IMG/VR virus record: IMGVR_UViG_3300044724_004351
Span: 1-30,163 of that record
Reading direction: 5' to 3' (one strand)
Length of the DNA: 30,163 bases
From: a virus
Lineage: Duplodnaviria > Caudoviricetes
The notes beneath the pieces were generated by a model. The model worked only from the letters and a program-made list of their open reading frames with translations. It searched no databases and was not told the origin of the DNA. The position numbers and the translations under genes were made by a program. Numbering within the stretch: the stretch's first letter is position 1; each line of letters opens with the position of its first letter. Shown here piece after piece: positions 16,901 through 26,192 of this stretch.

Positions 16901-18196
16901 TCTATAGACTTCAGTCCAAGTATCAATTTGCGCAAACAACTCTTCATTTGAATTGTAATATGGATTTAATGGAGTAATAAGGTTAGAAAAATATAAATCA
17001 TCACTACCATAAGTCATGTCATATCTAATCTCTGCAGTAGATCCAGATTGTGATCCAACAATTGGTATAAATTCAACTGTTGGTTGACTATTAGTAAATA
17101 CATATCCAATATCTTCATTAAAATGCATCACTCTATCAACCATTCTATAGATTTTTACTGTACCAATAACTTGATTTGTATCAGTTCTTGTAATTGTCTC
17201 ACCATCTTCAAAACTTATTATTGTATTTCCAAGTTCATCAGTCTGAACATTAGGACCATCTTCTACATCAAATAGTTCTACATGATTTGGAACATACGGC
17301 AAAAAATTTAGCGCATATTCTGGATTAGAATCTTTATATTCATCATAAAGTAATGCACCTATTTTTAAAAATGTATTAAATTTAACGTATGCCTCAGAAG
17401 AAAATGATCCATCTCTAGGTCCATATGGATATGCATATGGAACTCTATATGATTCTAGCGCAATTGCAGCTTCTTCTTTTACTTCACGTGCTCTAGATCT
17501 ATAGTGGTCTCCATATATTTTGTTCTTTCTATTTTCCCATAAAACACCACCATTAGGATCTGCACTATCTCTTCTATAAAATATAAATTCATCTTCATCT
17601 AATCCATAAGTAGATACATTAGAAAATAATCCTAATTGTTCTTCTGCTTTAAGATATCCTAAAATTGTCGTACTTACTTCAGAAAATGCAGGAAACTGTT
17701 CTTCTATTTTTAAATTTGGATTGACAACAAAAGAAGTTACTTTTATTAGTTCACCAAATAATTCTAAATTCTGTGTAACAACAGTAGCAATTTGACATGT
17801 ATCATTATTGTCTACACTTGTTACTGTTCTAGTTTCATAAACTCTAGTAGATCCAGTAAATCCAGTTGGAAGTAAAAGTTTATCACCAATACTCAACTCT
17901 TGTGTAAACAATCCTGTTCCAGGTTCTGCAGTTATTGTATTTCCAGTTGCATTAAAATTTTTACCACTCAACTTTACATTTTTTTGTTTTGTAACTTTAG
18001 GTTCATCTGTATATACAATAGAAGTTGCTTTAGCAGATGAAGCTTCAGAAGTTAGAAAAGTATCTTCAGCAGATACAATTGGTGTTCCACCTTCATCAGT
18101 TAATACTTGTCCCGTTGTTAGATTATACAACGGGACATTTTGATTAATTAAAGGAGCTGGTCTTTTATCATTACCAACTTTAATGTCTCTTGCCAT
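13991..18196 (-). CDS. Large putative virion protein (1401 aa), paralogue of 18200..23041
   Basis: Shared blocks FRYQPGR.S..TFGV, VTMYKIEF.WYGA.G..F.AYVPV.NGEARWV..H.L, KYG.S.YIDGGD.GT and C-terminal LT(Y/W).EQ; beta-sandwich lectin-like pattern. Confidence 0.8.
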   Translation of the reverse strand: MARDIKVGNDKRPAPLINQNVPLYNLTTGQVLTDEGGTPIVSAEDTFLTSEASSAKATSIVYTDEPKVTKQKNVKLSGKNFNATGNTITAEPGTGLFTQELSIGDKLLLPTGFTGSTRVYETRTVTSVDNNDTCQIATVVTQNLELFGELIKVTSFVVNPNLKIEEQFPAFSEVSTTILGYLKAEEQLGLFSNVSTYGLDEDEFIFYRRDSADPNGGVLWENRKNKIYGDHYRSRAREVKEEAAIALESYRVPYAYPYGPRDGSFSSEAYVKFNTFLKIGALLYDEYKDSNPEYALNFLPYVPNHVELFDVEDGPNVQTDELGNTIISFEDGETITRTDTNQVIGTVKIYRMVDRVMHFNEDIGYVFTNSQPTVEFIPIVGSQSGSTAEIRYDMTYGSDDLYFSNLITPLNPYYNSNEELFAQIDTWTEVYRKMIKGEFLRPNLSPLDADYVQNLNKILTYIQQPLELIGTILSDELSRPGYSTGLQTRGYLESRKAFRYQPGRISGYTFGVRASNDARDDNNVIIEWGIGNNTDDLVFQIRGSNFSIVRRSIVPLENDVLEENKLNPEDQILITKDTQNNSFSGLDNKQVYETVISRDKWNGDQLNGNGPSGYLWSAENVTMYKIEFGWYGAIGVQFYAYVPVNNGEARWVKLHRLIIENKLGKPCMGDPYYKFRYSLITLDHINVTTPQYIYKYGTSCYIDGGDEGTLKVGSATSTLKTAPLESGGAELSTTVVAIQPKTILSNSLGEIIKNKKQIFPRKLSVSSSGLTEITVVKCKACPGFSHTYQPNLNSGYSGDERTFVFPAIPGGYDRSRVILKELTKEVTASSGNTITLSDVDFIRIGDIVDLNNSISEIPSETIITDIDTNTNVVTLSNSLTSVYTGNVQIQPVFLDQDLKAKLIASRIYNTYILEYDDTSLLSIGGQNLYTAANLGTIDSEAVAGTQQLKLEDYLISRTIPNFFREGLGFSLYPSEFNGRLSRYNALAASPIPVVGTKNTLLFLSSGKLDGGSYSSGQFADYKIGITSLRPEFDGVDTINWYDSQGNLREFTDDYKLFAEKFSEGISRDLDGYERGEFNSVGQRAFTIDYRIPQPDGPNTGSCAYVNITTEQAQFIQCQQVYGTELPLADVQASNPTFDPNAYYIRSTSFPFNFNPQNAEVGFNQSDPQNATNPPVNGSGIRFDSDIITYSDSSSDPQNPVTYKLIKLTDHLPGQPQFNITTLIIWYIPISLESFRKLATKAFDYNPFPLYFFVEMKDGARANGLEIKEEGENVNSYNPNWFVSNSMTVTNEDIEIGPIGDTTVTTGSLNEAPPNFVDSDRLSSALIDVQNQAQLRPYEIIDKIYVGQGTKTIDYDKIFNFDKETITPDLLNTTAYFFLATSKETDPTNDRSIQGTLTYVEQ

Positions 18197-18199
18197 GTA

Positions 18200-21100
18200 T
18201 CACTGCTCCTCCCAAGTAAGACTTGCTAAAATTTCTGCTCGTTTTCCATAAGAACCAGTTCCATCTCCATCATTATAGAATGATTTAGACGATGCACAGA
18301 TATACAATGAATCAACTAAATCAGTTAATGGGAATGATAGGTAATCTTTATTGTAATCAAAGTATGGTTGTAACTCATATTGCTCACCAGTATTTGGTGC
18401 AAATAATGTAGTAACAACAGTACCAGTTCCAGGAATCGGAGATCTCTGTTCAGTATCTATGGCAACTGCAGATAGTCTTGATAGGGAAGAAGTAAAGAAT
18501 CCATTGAACGTTGAGTTTTCTACAGTAGTTGTAAGATCTGGATCAGATGGTCCAGGTCCAGACCAGTTCTTAATTCTTAAGAATGTTCCTCTAATATTGA
18601 GTTCATTAATACTTACTTCGCTAGCACTAAAGTAGTATTCACCATCAGTCTTTTCAAGTAGTCCAAGAACTGTAGATGCAACACTAGAAGTATCATTAAC
18701 TAAAGTATATCTAAAGTAACCATAAGTCTTCTGACCTTCTAGTAAATAAGTTCCAGTTTCAGTAATATCGGTAGAAGATAGAAGAACTTTCTTTCCTCTC
18801 TTACCAATATTGATAGCGCTATTAACAGAAATAATTGCTCCAGATTCTGGAACATCAAACGTTTGGAATAATGGAGATTTGATTAGTTGAATAGCAACAG
18901 ATTCTGATGCAGTAGTAAGACCAGTTGCCAGTCTTGTTGGATAAATTTGAACTCTGTTTCTAACACCATTAATTTCTCTTCTACACTTAATACCAACAAG
19001 AGGTTGTGATCTATCAACCACTAAAGATATATCACCAGTAGTTGCAGTTAAGATTCTACTTAAATACAATCTTCCGTTAGAAGAATCTGCCCAAACAACT
19101 CTAATATCTTGGTCAATTGCACTACCAGTAATAACTCTAGCATTAATATAGTAGTCACTAATAGGAGGAGCACCATTAGTATTAGCAATTGTAAGTGCTG
19201 GAGCATTTACATAAGTGCTTCCTAGAGCTACTTCTAATTTTGTGTTAGCACTATCAAACAAGTTAGGATTTTGAGATGCTTGTATTAGATACTTAGATCC
19301 TCCAATCTCTTTTAGTGTTTCTGATGCATAACTAAAGAGTCTTACAGTTCCTCTATCACCACCATCAATATAGTATGAAGCACCATACTTAACTAGTTGT
19401 TCTGAAAGTGACCCATATCCAGAAGAATTATTGAATTTTCTGTCAGAATTTTGATATCCATATCTGTTTTGACTTCCTCCACCATATACCATATATGTAA
19501 TTGGAAGCGTAGCATTACCAAGAGAAGCAACCTTTAATTGGTTAGATGCTCTTAAATGATGAACTCTTACCCATCTTGCTTCACCATTACCCACAGGAAC
19601 ATATGCAAGGAAAGTAGCACCAACAGCACCATACCATGAGAATTCAATCTTATACATGGTAACTTTGGTTGGATCTAAATCCCAAACACTTTCAAACTGT
19701 AATTGATCTTGTGTTGTAGGATCTTGTACAGGATCACCTGCTCTCTTATCTAATACGTTATCACTATAAACAATATCAGTTGTAATACCATTTAGTTTTT
19801 CTCCACTCATTCTAGAACGAGGAACACGATACTCATAAACTTTATAGTATCTTGGATCTACATTAAACCAAACCCAGTTCTTATACAATCTTCTGTTTAC
19901 ATAATTAAATTGCTGTTTTAATGTAGAAATTCCTGTACTACCACCAAGAGTGGAATCAATATATCCAGATGCATTTGTATCATCTGGCGTAGCACCAGAT
20001 GGATATAAGTAAGGGAATGAACCATCAGAATAAGAATTAGCTTGATCATTTAAAGATCCATCTGTATAATTCTGTCCTTTATATTTTCTAGAATCATCTG
20101 GTAAAAGGAATGGAACTGGAGTTTGAAGTGTAAATCCTGATGCAGAAATATCTAAGGTGTCTGAACCTGCAGGGAAAGATATTAGTGCATCATTTTCATC
20201 AACAAGTTCTTCAATAACAAACTCTTCTACATCTGGATATGCTTTTGTAGAATTATTAACCCATGGATTAGATGCATTAGAAGTAGATCCTTCACCAACT
20301 GCAGTATAAATTTCTTCGTTATTTGGATGCTTAGATAGTCTAACTTCCTGATAGACACCAGTATTATCACTAGTTATATTTCCTACCGCAAAAACGTGCC
20401 AGATAGATCCATCTGGTAAAACGTTTTGAGCTCCATCTCTAACGTTATTTGTAGATGCATTTTTGTTGAAATAAATTCCTTGACCAAGTTGAAGAAGTTC
20501 TGCTCCTCTTGGAATTTTAATTCTCATCCACAAATTAACATTATCATTAAACAAACTTGTAATTTGATACGAAGTTTTTTCTTTCAATAGAGATGGATCA
20601 AATGCAGCTGCATGAGTCATTACCAACCCATCTCTATAGATGCACATTTCACCAGCAGCAGAACCAACTGGATCTGGAATAGAACTATAATTACCAGTTC
20701 CAGTAAGTGCAGTTGTGAGAATATTAATTAGACTACTAACAACAGAATATGCACCATCTTCAACACTAGGCAATGTTCCAGATATACCAGCATACGCACT
20801 ATATCCTCTCAAAGGACTTAAGTATGGAGTAGTTGGAGCAAATGCTATAACAGCATTAGGATCAGCGCTCACAAAGGTGTGTGTAGCAGTATCAGAAGAT
20901 GTTCCTACATCAATAGTAATAGTAGTTGCATCCGCAGACACAACTCTCACACCTCTATTGTATGCTGGGTCTGCCTTACCAGTATTATCGCTATTACTAG
21001 TTCCAATACCAATTCCATTTTCTCCACTTGCTCTAGGATAGAGTTTAGTAACAGTATTGCCATCGGAAGTACATGTGAATCCTAGAGATTCTGGTTGAAG

Positions 21101-23041
21101 AAGAACAGAAGTACCAGGTTGAATACTATGCGAACCAATATTTAAAACTAATAGTCCAGTTGCTGGATCATAAGAAGTTCCACTTACCTGAGGAGTAAAA
21201 TAAGTAGGTTGATATGCCTTAACTGCATCTGCATCAGCACTCACAAAAGTATGAGCAGAAGTATCAGAAGAAATACCAACATTAACAGTGATTGTTGTTG
21301 CTGTTCTAGCGGTAATTTCAACAGCGGTATTGTATGCAGGATCTGGGTTTCCAATATTGTTATTTGATCCTGGATTTACAAGAGTTCCATCTTCACCGCT
21401 TGCTCTTGGATAAGTTTTTTCTTTTGATGGATCTAATGCACAAGTAAATGTTAAAGAGTTTGGTGCTAATTGAACTCTTAGTCCTGGAACAAGATTGTTA
21501 GTTCCAATATCAAGGGTTAAATCACCAGTTGCTGGATCATAAGTTGTTGCTGGTCCTGGAGTAAAATATGTTTCATTTGATAAACCAAAAATATCACTAA
21601 TGCTATTCAAAACTGCGGTGTATCTTGCAACTTCTATTGCAGGATCATCAACATATAATCTAATATTATCTAAATCTGATTTATTAAAAAACCTTAGAGT
21701 ATTGAAGACCGTGCTTGCATTTCCACCATACTTAAGATCGTGAAGAATGCCTTCAATAACTAAACCAGAGTCTCTACGACACTTATCATACTCTGCATTT
21801 TGTGCAGAGTAAACAGTTACTGCGTCTGTATCAGCACTTACAAATGTATGTGCAGCTGTATCAGATGATGTGCCAACATTAATAGTAATTGTACTTGCAG
21901 TTTCAGCAATAATTTTCAAATCATTATTATATGCTGGGTCTGGTTTTCCTCTATTATCACTTGTACTTGTGCCAATACCAATTCCATTTTCTCCACTTGC
22001 TCTAGGATAAGATTTTATAGTAGGTCCACTAGTACATGTAAATCTTAGAGAATCTGGTTGAAGAACAACAGTATCTCCAATTTGATGTCCATGTCCATTA
22101 GTAATAGTGAGTGTTAAATTACCTGTGGCAGGATCATAATTAGCAGCAGTTGGTTGATAAACACTAGGAGCAGTTCCTCCAGCGTCTACATCCAATCCAT
22201 CCAAAGAATTTGTTTCAGTATTAATAAAATCTGCCGCTACTTCTTGAAGAAATCTTTTGTTTGCTTTTAATACTTCGTATGCATGAGGATAGGTTGGCGT
22301 TTCCGATTCAACCTGAGGAACACCAGCCCAAGCATAATCTTGCGATTGATAATCAGCGCTAGAACTAAAAGGTAAAGGATTATCTCTGATGATAGATTGC
22401 GTTCTTCTTACACAAGCAAAGTTATCCCCATAACCATCATTTCTTGACTCATAATAATACCCATCAAACTTGTCAAAAATACCATATTTCTTTAATGCTT
22501 GGTTTCTAACAGAGTCAAATGTTGGATCGTTTTTTGTAATACTATATGGACCACGATTAATTTTAACACCAAACGTAGCAGCAGAGACACGTCCTGGTTG
22601 GTATCTAAAAAATCTTTTTGATGTAAGGATAGAGTATTCATCAGAAGGTGCTTCAATCATAGCACCTGCTTCTTCAGCAATATGCGTCAGACCCCAGTCT
22701 TGATTGCCACCATATCCTTCATACTTTTCTAGAAGAGTGCTGCCATCTGGACCATATTGATTTAATGATGTAAATTGCTCAGGAAATGATGTCCATTCTG
22801 TAGGGTTGACATCATATGTGTTAACGTCTGCAAAAATACCAAGAGCAACTTCAGATCTTGGAATACCTAATAAAGATAGAGCAACTTCAGATTGTTGTTT
22901 ATTCTGCTCCTCTACTGGAATTGCAGATTGATCACTTGCAATAACTACAGGAAGTGATTTTGCTGAAGTTTGTTGTCCTGAAGGAACTGGTGTAGTCCTT
23001 CCAATAACAACAACAGATGAATTATTATTTACAGCTGCCAT
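18200..23041 (-). CDS. Large putative virion protein (1613 aa) with three internal ~100 aa repeats
   Basis: Same conserved blocks as the 1401-aa paralogue; three YDPATG.L.L...FTC...YPRASGE...DPAYN...HTFVSAD repeats; TATAAATA upstream. Confidence 0.8.
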   Translation of the reverse strand: MAAVNNNSSVVVIGRTTPVPSGQQTSAKSLPVVIASDQSAIPVEEQNKQQSEVALSLLGIPRSEVALGIFADVNTYDVNPTEWTSFPEQFTSLNQYGPDGSTLLEKYEGYGGNQDWGLTHIAEEAGAMIEAPSDEYSILTSKRFFRYQPGRVSAATFGVKINRGPYSITKNDPTFDSVRNQALKKYGIFDKFDGYYYESRNDGYGDNFACVRRTQSIIRDNPLPFSSSADYQSQDYAWAGVPQVESETPTYPHAYEVLKANKRFLQEVAADFINTETNSLDGLDVDAGGTAPSVYQPTAANYDPATGNLTLTITNGHGHQIGDTVVLQPDSLRFTCTSGPTIKSYPRASGENGIGIGTSTSDNRGKPDPAYNNDLKIIAETASTITINVGTSSDTAAHTFVSADTDAVTVYSAQNAEYDKCRRDSGLVIEGILHDLKYGGNASTVFNTLRFFNKSDLDNIRLYVDDPAIEVARYTAVLNSISDIFGLSNETYFTPGPATTYDPATGDLTLDIGTNNLVPGLRVQLAPNSLTFTCALDPSKEKTYPRASGEDGTLVNPGSNNNIGNPDPAYNTAVEITARTATTITVNVGISSDTSAHTFVSADADAVKAYQPTYFTPQVSGTSYDPATGLLVLNIGSHSIQPGTSVLLQPESLGFTCTSDGNTVTKLYPRASGENGIGIGTSNSDNTGKADPAYNRGVRVVSADATTITIDVGTSSDTATHTFVSADPNAVIAFAPTTPYLSPLRGYSAYAGISGTLPSVEDGAYSVVSSLINILTTALTGTGNYSSIPDPVGSAAGEMCIYRDGLVMTHAAAFDPSLLKEKTSYQITSLFNDNVNLWMRIKIPRGAELLQLGQGIYFNKNASTNNVRDGAQNVLPDGSIWHVFAVGNITSDNTGVYQEVRLSKHPNNEEIYTAVGEGSTSNASNPWVNNSTKAYPDVEEFVIEELVDENDALISFPAGSDTLDISASGFTLQTPVPFLLPDDSRKYKGQNYTDGSLNDQANSYSDGSFPYLYPSGATPDDTNASGYIDSTLGGSTGISTLKQQFNYVNRRLYKNWVWFNVDPRYYKVYEYRVPRSRMSGEKLNGITTDIVYSDNVLDKRAGDPVQDPTTQDQLQFESVWDLDPTKVTMYKIEFSWYGAVGATFLAYVPVGNGEARWVRVHHLRASNQLKVASLGNATLPITYMVYGGGSQNRYGYQNSDRKFNNSSGYGSLSEQLVKYGASYYIDGGDRGTVRLFSYASETLKEIGGSKYLIQASQNPNLFDSANTKLEVALGSTYVNAPALTIANTNGAPPISDYYINARVITGSAIDQDIRVVWADSSNGRLYLSRILTATTGDISLVVDRSQPLVGIKCRREINGVRNRVQIYPTRLATGLTTASESVAIQLIKSPLFQTFDVPESGAIISVNSAINIGKRGKKVLLSSTDITETGTYLLEGQKTYGYFRYTLVNDTSSVASTVLGLLEKTDGEYYFSASEVSINELNIRGTFLRIKNWSGPGPSDPDLTTTVENSTFNGFFTSSLSRLSAVAIDTEQRSPIPGTGTVVTTLFAPNTGEQYELQPYFDYNKDYLSFPLTDLVDSLYICASSKSFYNDGDGTGSYGKRAEILASLTWEEQ
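20840..22145 (-). repeat. Three copies of a ~100-110 aa module (about 21815-22145, 21215-21545, 20840-21175)
   Basis: Visible in the translation; identical 38-mer CCAATACCAATTCCATTTTCTCCACTTGCTCTAGGATA at 21003-21040 and 21972-22009. Confidence 0.9.
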
Positions 23042-23084
23042 TTTTGCTCCTAATCTTTATAGCAAATGCTTAAGTGTCTTGGAG

Positions 23085-23092
23085 TATTTATA
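23085..23092 (-). promoter_or_regulatory. T4 late promoter TATAAATA
   Basis: Exact consensus upstream of the 1613-aa gene; GGAG Shine-Dalgarno before the ATG. Confidence 0.85.
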
Positions 23093-23097
23093 ATTCT

Positions 23098-25887
23098 CTA
23101 TTGAACTACAGAAACTACTCCTTTTGCAATAACATAATTTTGTCTTACTTGTAAGTATCCACCACCAATTGTTGGTTGCAATGGATTAGCGCTAACACTA
23201 ATAAGTCCACTACCTGGATTTAACGTTCCATCAGATAATTCTATGTATGGAATCAAAGATATTTTAAATTCTGGAGATGCGACTTTACTTTCAATTCTCC
23301 AAACCTCTGTAGATGGATTTGGATTATAATCATGAGATACTAGTTTTATGTAATCACCAACTGCTAAAGAATTATATACTGCTTCGTTAGTAATATTAAC
23401 ATCATAAGTGTTGGGATTACCTCCAGATGTTATTCCTGTCCCAACAACATTATTAATATCACTTCCTAATGTAGTATAATCAATACCAACAATTCTATAA
23501 ACAAGATAATTGCTAGGTGTAGTTGTTGGTATATTATTAGTTTGATCTATGGGCAATTTAAATCTAATTTGACCTAGAGTTTTATCATCAAGTGGATTTA
23601 GATTAGCATCAAGTGGATTGAATTCTTGAAATTGTACTGAAGTAAGTTGATTATTAAAGTCAACAGTTTCTACTCCATTAGAAACGGTAGCATTATATAT
23701 TTCAAAGTTTACTACTGTATTAGTAAGATCTTTTGGTTCTCCATCTTGTTGATATTGATAGACTGGTGTTTGAGTTTCTATTCCTGGAGTTACAGAAATA
23801 TTAACACCATCATAATCACTATCATATAGGTCAGGAACTGGAATAAATTCGTCTGCAGGTCCAAGAATGATGTTATCAATAACATCAGTATTTACAGATC
23901 CATAAATTCTAATACCAGATCCACAATTTCTAACAACACAACCAGTCATTGAAATAACTTTTCCAGTAGTAAGATCTATTTCTCCTGGATAGTTTTGGAA
24001 AGTAGTATTGTTTATGGTAGTATTTTCAGTAGATGACATTAAAACACAAGGAGTTTCATATCTCTCTGTATCCATTCCATCAATAAAATAAGAACCAAAG
24101 AGAGAAAAATTCAATGACCCTTCTGCATAAATTGCTGGACCATATCCATTCCTAACTTTTACATTTTGTAGTCTTACAAACTCACTACTAGGAAATGCCA
24201 ATAGTGCATTATTACTTTCAACTCCTAAATCACTAGATGGATATAAAATTTGATTCTCAGAATTTCCATCAATCAACATGTCTCTCAAACTAAAATTCTT
24301 TAATCCCCATGTTTCTTGTGGTTGTGTAGCGTCGTAATCTTTTCCGATAAACATAGCATTTTGCAATCCACTTAACTGAGACGAAGACAAATTGCCAGTT
24401 GACCAGTGCTGCTTTGTAAAAACTGTACTGTCATCTAGTCCACGAAGAGTAAATGTGGTAGGAAGTTTAATTTGATCAATGAGATAAGTTCCACCTGGAA
24501 CAATTAAAAACTTTGTACCATCAGCATAGACAGCATCAATTGCATTCTGTAATGCACGAGTGTCATCATGATACAGATAAATTGTATATCCACTAGTATC
24601 TTGAACTAATTCAGGAACATCAAGGGTTATTGTACTTGCTGTTCTATTAACTTCTCTTAGAGAAGCAAGAGTCCATCCTCTCTTTGGAGATGCTGGAGGT
24701 GTTAATGGAAAATGAACTGTATCATCTTTGTAACTACCATCAGGATTCTTTCTTGACCACAAAGAAATATCATATTCACAGTAATCTTTAAACGATGTTG
24801 TCAATCCATTATCAAATTCTTTTGGTCCTAGTACATGAACCAATTTGAACTGTGGTTTATTTTGACTATTGATTGCAATATTAGCTTCATTGGCAGTATC
24901 AAACTCTGCTCTATAAACTAACAAACCATTCCCAGCATTTCTAGTAATGTTCAACAAATTATAATTACCTTCGTTCATTTGATTTGAAGAAAGGTTTTCT
25001 ACTGCAGTATTATATTGACTGTAGTCACTAATATCACCAGTATCTAATCTAAATGATGCAAAAATATAAACATAAAAAGACTTTGGAATATTAACATTAT
25101 TAAATAAAGCTTCTTCATATATACCCTGAACTGTAGATCCTATAGGAGCAGTAGGCAACTCATTAACAGGTGTAGTAGTAGCACCAAATATTTTTACTTG
25201 TTGTAAAGTATTAAAACTAGAAACACTATCTAATTGTACTCTTAAATACGTTTGAGAATTTTCATTAATAGACTGTACTCCTAAAACTTCATATTGTGTT
25301 GCATCTCCAGAAGAACCGTATTGACTGGCAACATCATATAAAGTTTCTGATGGGGTAATAAAATTGTAAAAAACAATTCCATCATTTGTAAATTGCCACC
25401 TAGATTCAGTTGAATCCCATGTAATTTTTGCATTTGTATTGGATCTTTCAAGAGAATCAGATGTTATTAATGATCCACTAGAAGTAACACTGTTAAATGT
25501 AACGTCCGATGTTGTGCTAATATTTTGTACTAAACCTATATTAAGTGTATCACCAGTTCTAGATAAATTTAAGTTTGAATCTCCTAGAAAATTAACGTCA
25601 TCTGTTACTGCATTACTATCAGAAAGTCTAATAGTTACAGAATTAGAAGTAGAACCATCTAATAAAGATAAGAAGTAATTAGTGTTTATATCAGTTGGAG
25701 AACCCCAGTTAACTCCAGTTGATGTTGATAGTAATACTTGACCAGGTTCTCCTAAGTCTCCATCTTTATCAGCAAGTGGTCCTAAAACTGATAATGTTTT
25801 TGATGTATTAATTCTTAATCCTTCTAGGACTTCAACCTGTCCATCATTATCTAAATTAGTTAGTTGATTAGTCTTTACTAGGGACAT
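23098..25887 (-). CDS. Putative tail spike/fibre with pectate-lyase-like parallel beta-helix (929 aa)
   Basis: HDDTRALQNAIDA...LIVPGGTYLI...LRG cap motif, IDGN and stacked Asn-rich rungs; N-terminal GEPGQVLLSTSTGVNW fibre motif. Confidence 0.8.
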   Translation of the reverse strand: MSLVKTNQLTNLDNDGQVEVLEGLRINTSKTLSVLGPLADKDGDLGEPGQVLLSTSTGVNWGSPTDINTNYFLSLLDGSTSNSVTIRLSDSNAVTDDVNFLGDSNLNLSRTGDTLNIGLVQNISTTSDVTFNSVTSSGSLITSDSLERSNTNAKITWDSTESRWQFTNDGIVFYNFITPSETLYDVASQYGSSGDATQYEVLGVQSINENSQTYLRVQLDSVSSFNTLQQVKIFGATTTPVNELPTAPIGSTVQGIYEEALFNNVNIPKSFYVYIFASFRLDTGDISDYSQYNTAVENLSSNQMNEGNYNLLNITRNAGNGLLVYRAEFDTANEANIAINSQNKPQFKLVHVLGPKEFDNGLTTSFKDYCEYDISLWSRKNPDGSYKDDTVHFPLTPPASPKRGWTLASLREVNRTASTITLDVPELVQDTSGYTIYLYHDDTRALQNAIDAVYADGTKFLIVPGGTYLIDQIKLPTTFTLRGLDDSTVFTKQHWSTGNLSSSQLSGLQNAMFIGKDYDATQPQETWGLKNFSLRDMLIDGNSENQILYPSSDLGVESNNALLAFPSSEFVRLQNVKVRNGYGPAIYAEGSLNFSLFGSYFIDGMDTERYETPCVLMSSTENTTINNTTFQNYPGEIDLTTGKVISMTGCVVRNCGSGIRIYGSVNTDVIDNIILGPADEFIPVPDLYDSDYDGVNISVTPGIETQTPVYQYQQDGEPKDLTNTVVNFEIYNATVSNGVETVDFNNQLTSVQFQEFNPLDANLNPLDDKTLGQIRFKLPIDQTNNIPTTTPSNYLVYRIVGIDYTTLGSDINNVVGTGITSGGNPNTYDVNITNEAVYNSLAVGDYIKLVSHDYNPNPSTEVWRIESKVASPEFKISLIPYIELSDGTLNPGSGLISVSANPLQPTIGGGYLQVRQNYVIAKGVVSVVQ

Positions 25888-25921
25888 AGCTTCCCATCAA
25901 ACCTATAATTTTATTCTTTTG

Positions 25922-25929
25922 TATTTATA
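25922..25929 (-). promoter_or_regulatory. T4 late promoter TATAAATA
   Basis: Exact consensus between tRNA-Gly and the 929-aa gene. Confidence 0.85.
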
Positions 25930-25932
25930 AAA

Positions 25933-26004
25933 AGCGGGTGATCGGACTCGAACCGACGACGAACTGCTTGGAAGGCAGACATTCTACCACTGAATTACAC
26001 CCGC
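25933..26004 (-). tRNA. trnG: tRNA-Gly (UCC)
   Basis: GCGGGTG/CACCCGC acceptor stem, CT-TCC-AA anticodon loop, GGTTCGAGTCC T arm, U73. Confidence 0.95.
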
Positions 26005-26009
26005 AGAAA

Positions 26010-26192
26010 ATGGGAGAGGTCAATCTCCCAAGACACATGCACGCCACTTGTTTTATTATTTCAGTTGCTAAACAAGAAAACAACCACACGGAATGGGTCT
26101 GGCACCACCACTACATCTTTAACTGGAATGTAGAAACCAGGCGGCGAGAACATCACCCGCACCAGGGCTAGTTTAGAGTCTTACCGAGACTA
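26010..26192 (-). ncRNA. Structured RNA, most likely the manA motif (wcaG motif as alternative)
   Basis: ~180 nt non-coding with stems AGTCT/AGACT, CTACAT/ATGTAG, CTTGTTT/AAACAAG and GGGAGA/TCTCCC, two potential pseudoknots, adjacent to a tRNA. Family name from recall. Confidence 0.7.

Noticed and set aside
10900-22145. Diversity-generating retroelement or shufflon behind the internal repeats
   Set aside because: Differences between copies are not confined to adenines, all copies are in-frame coding, and no reverse transcriptase or invertase is in the window.
6383-25678. Short plus-strand ORFs inside the membrane and large structural genes
   Set aside because: Antisense shadows expected from codon bias; no ribosome-binding sites or motifs noted.
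25938-26171. 77-aa plus-strand ORF
   Set aside because: Antisense to tRNA-Gly and the structured RNA.
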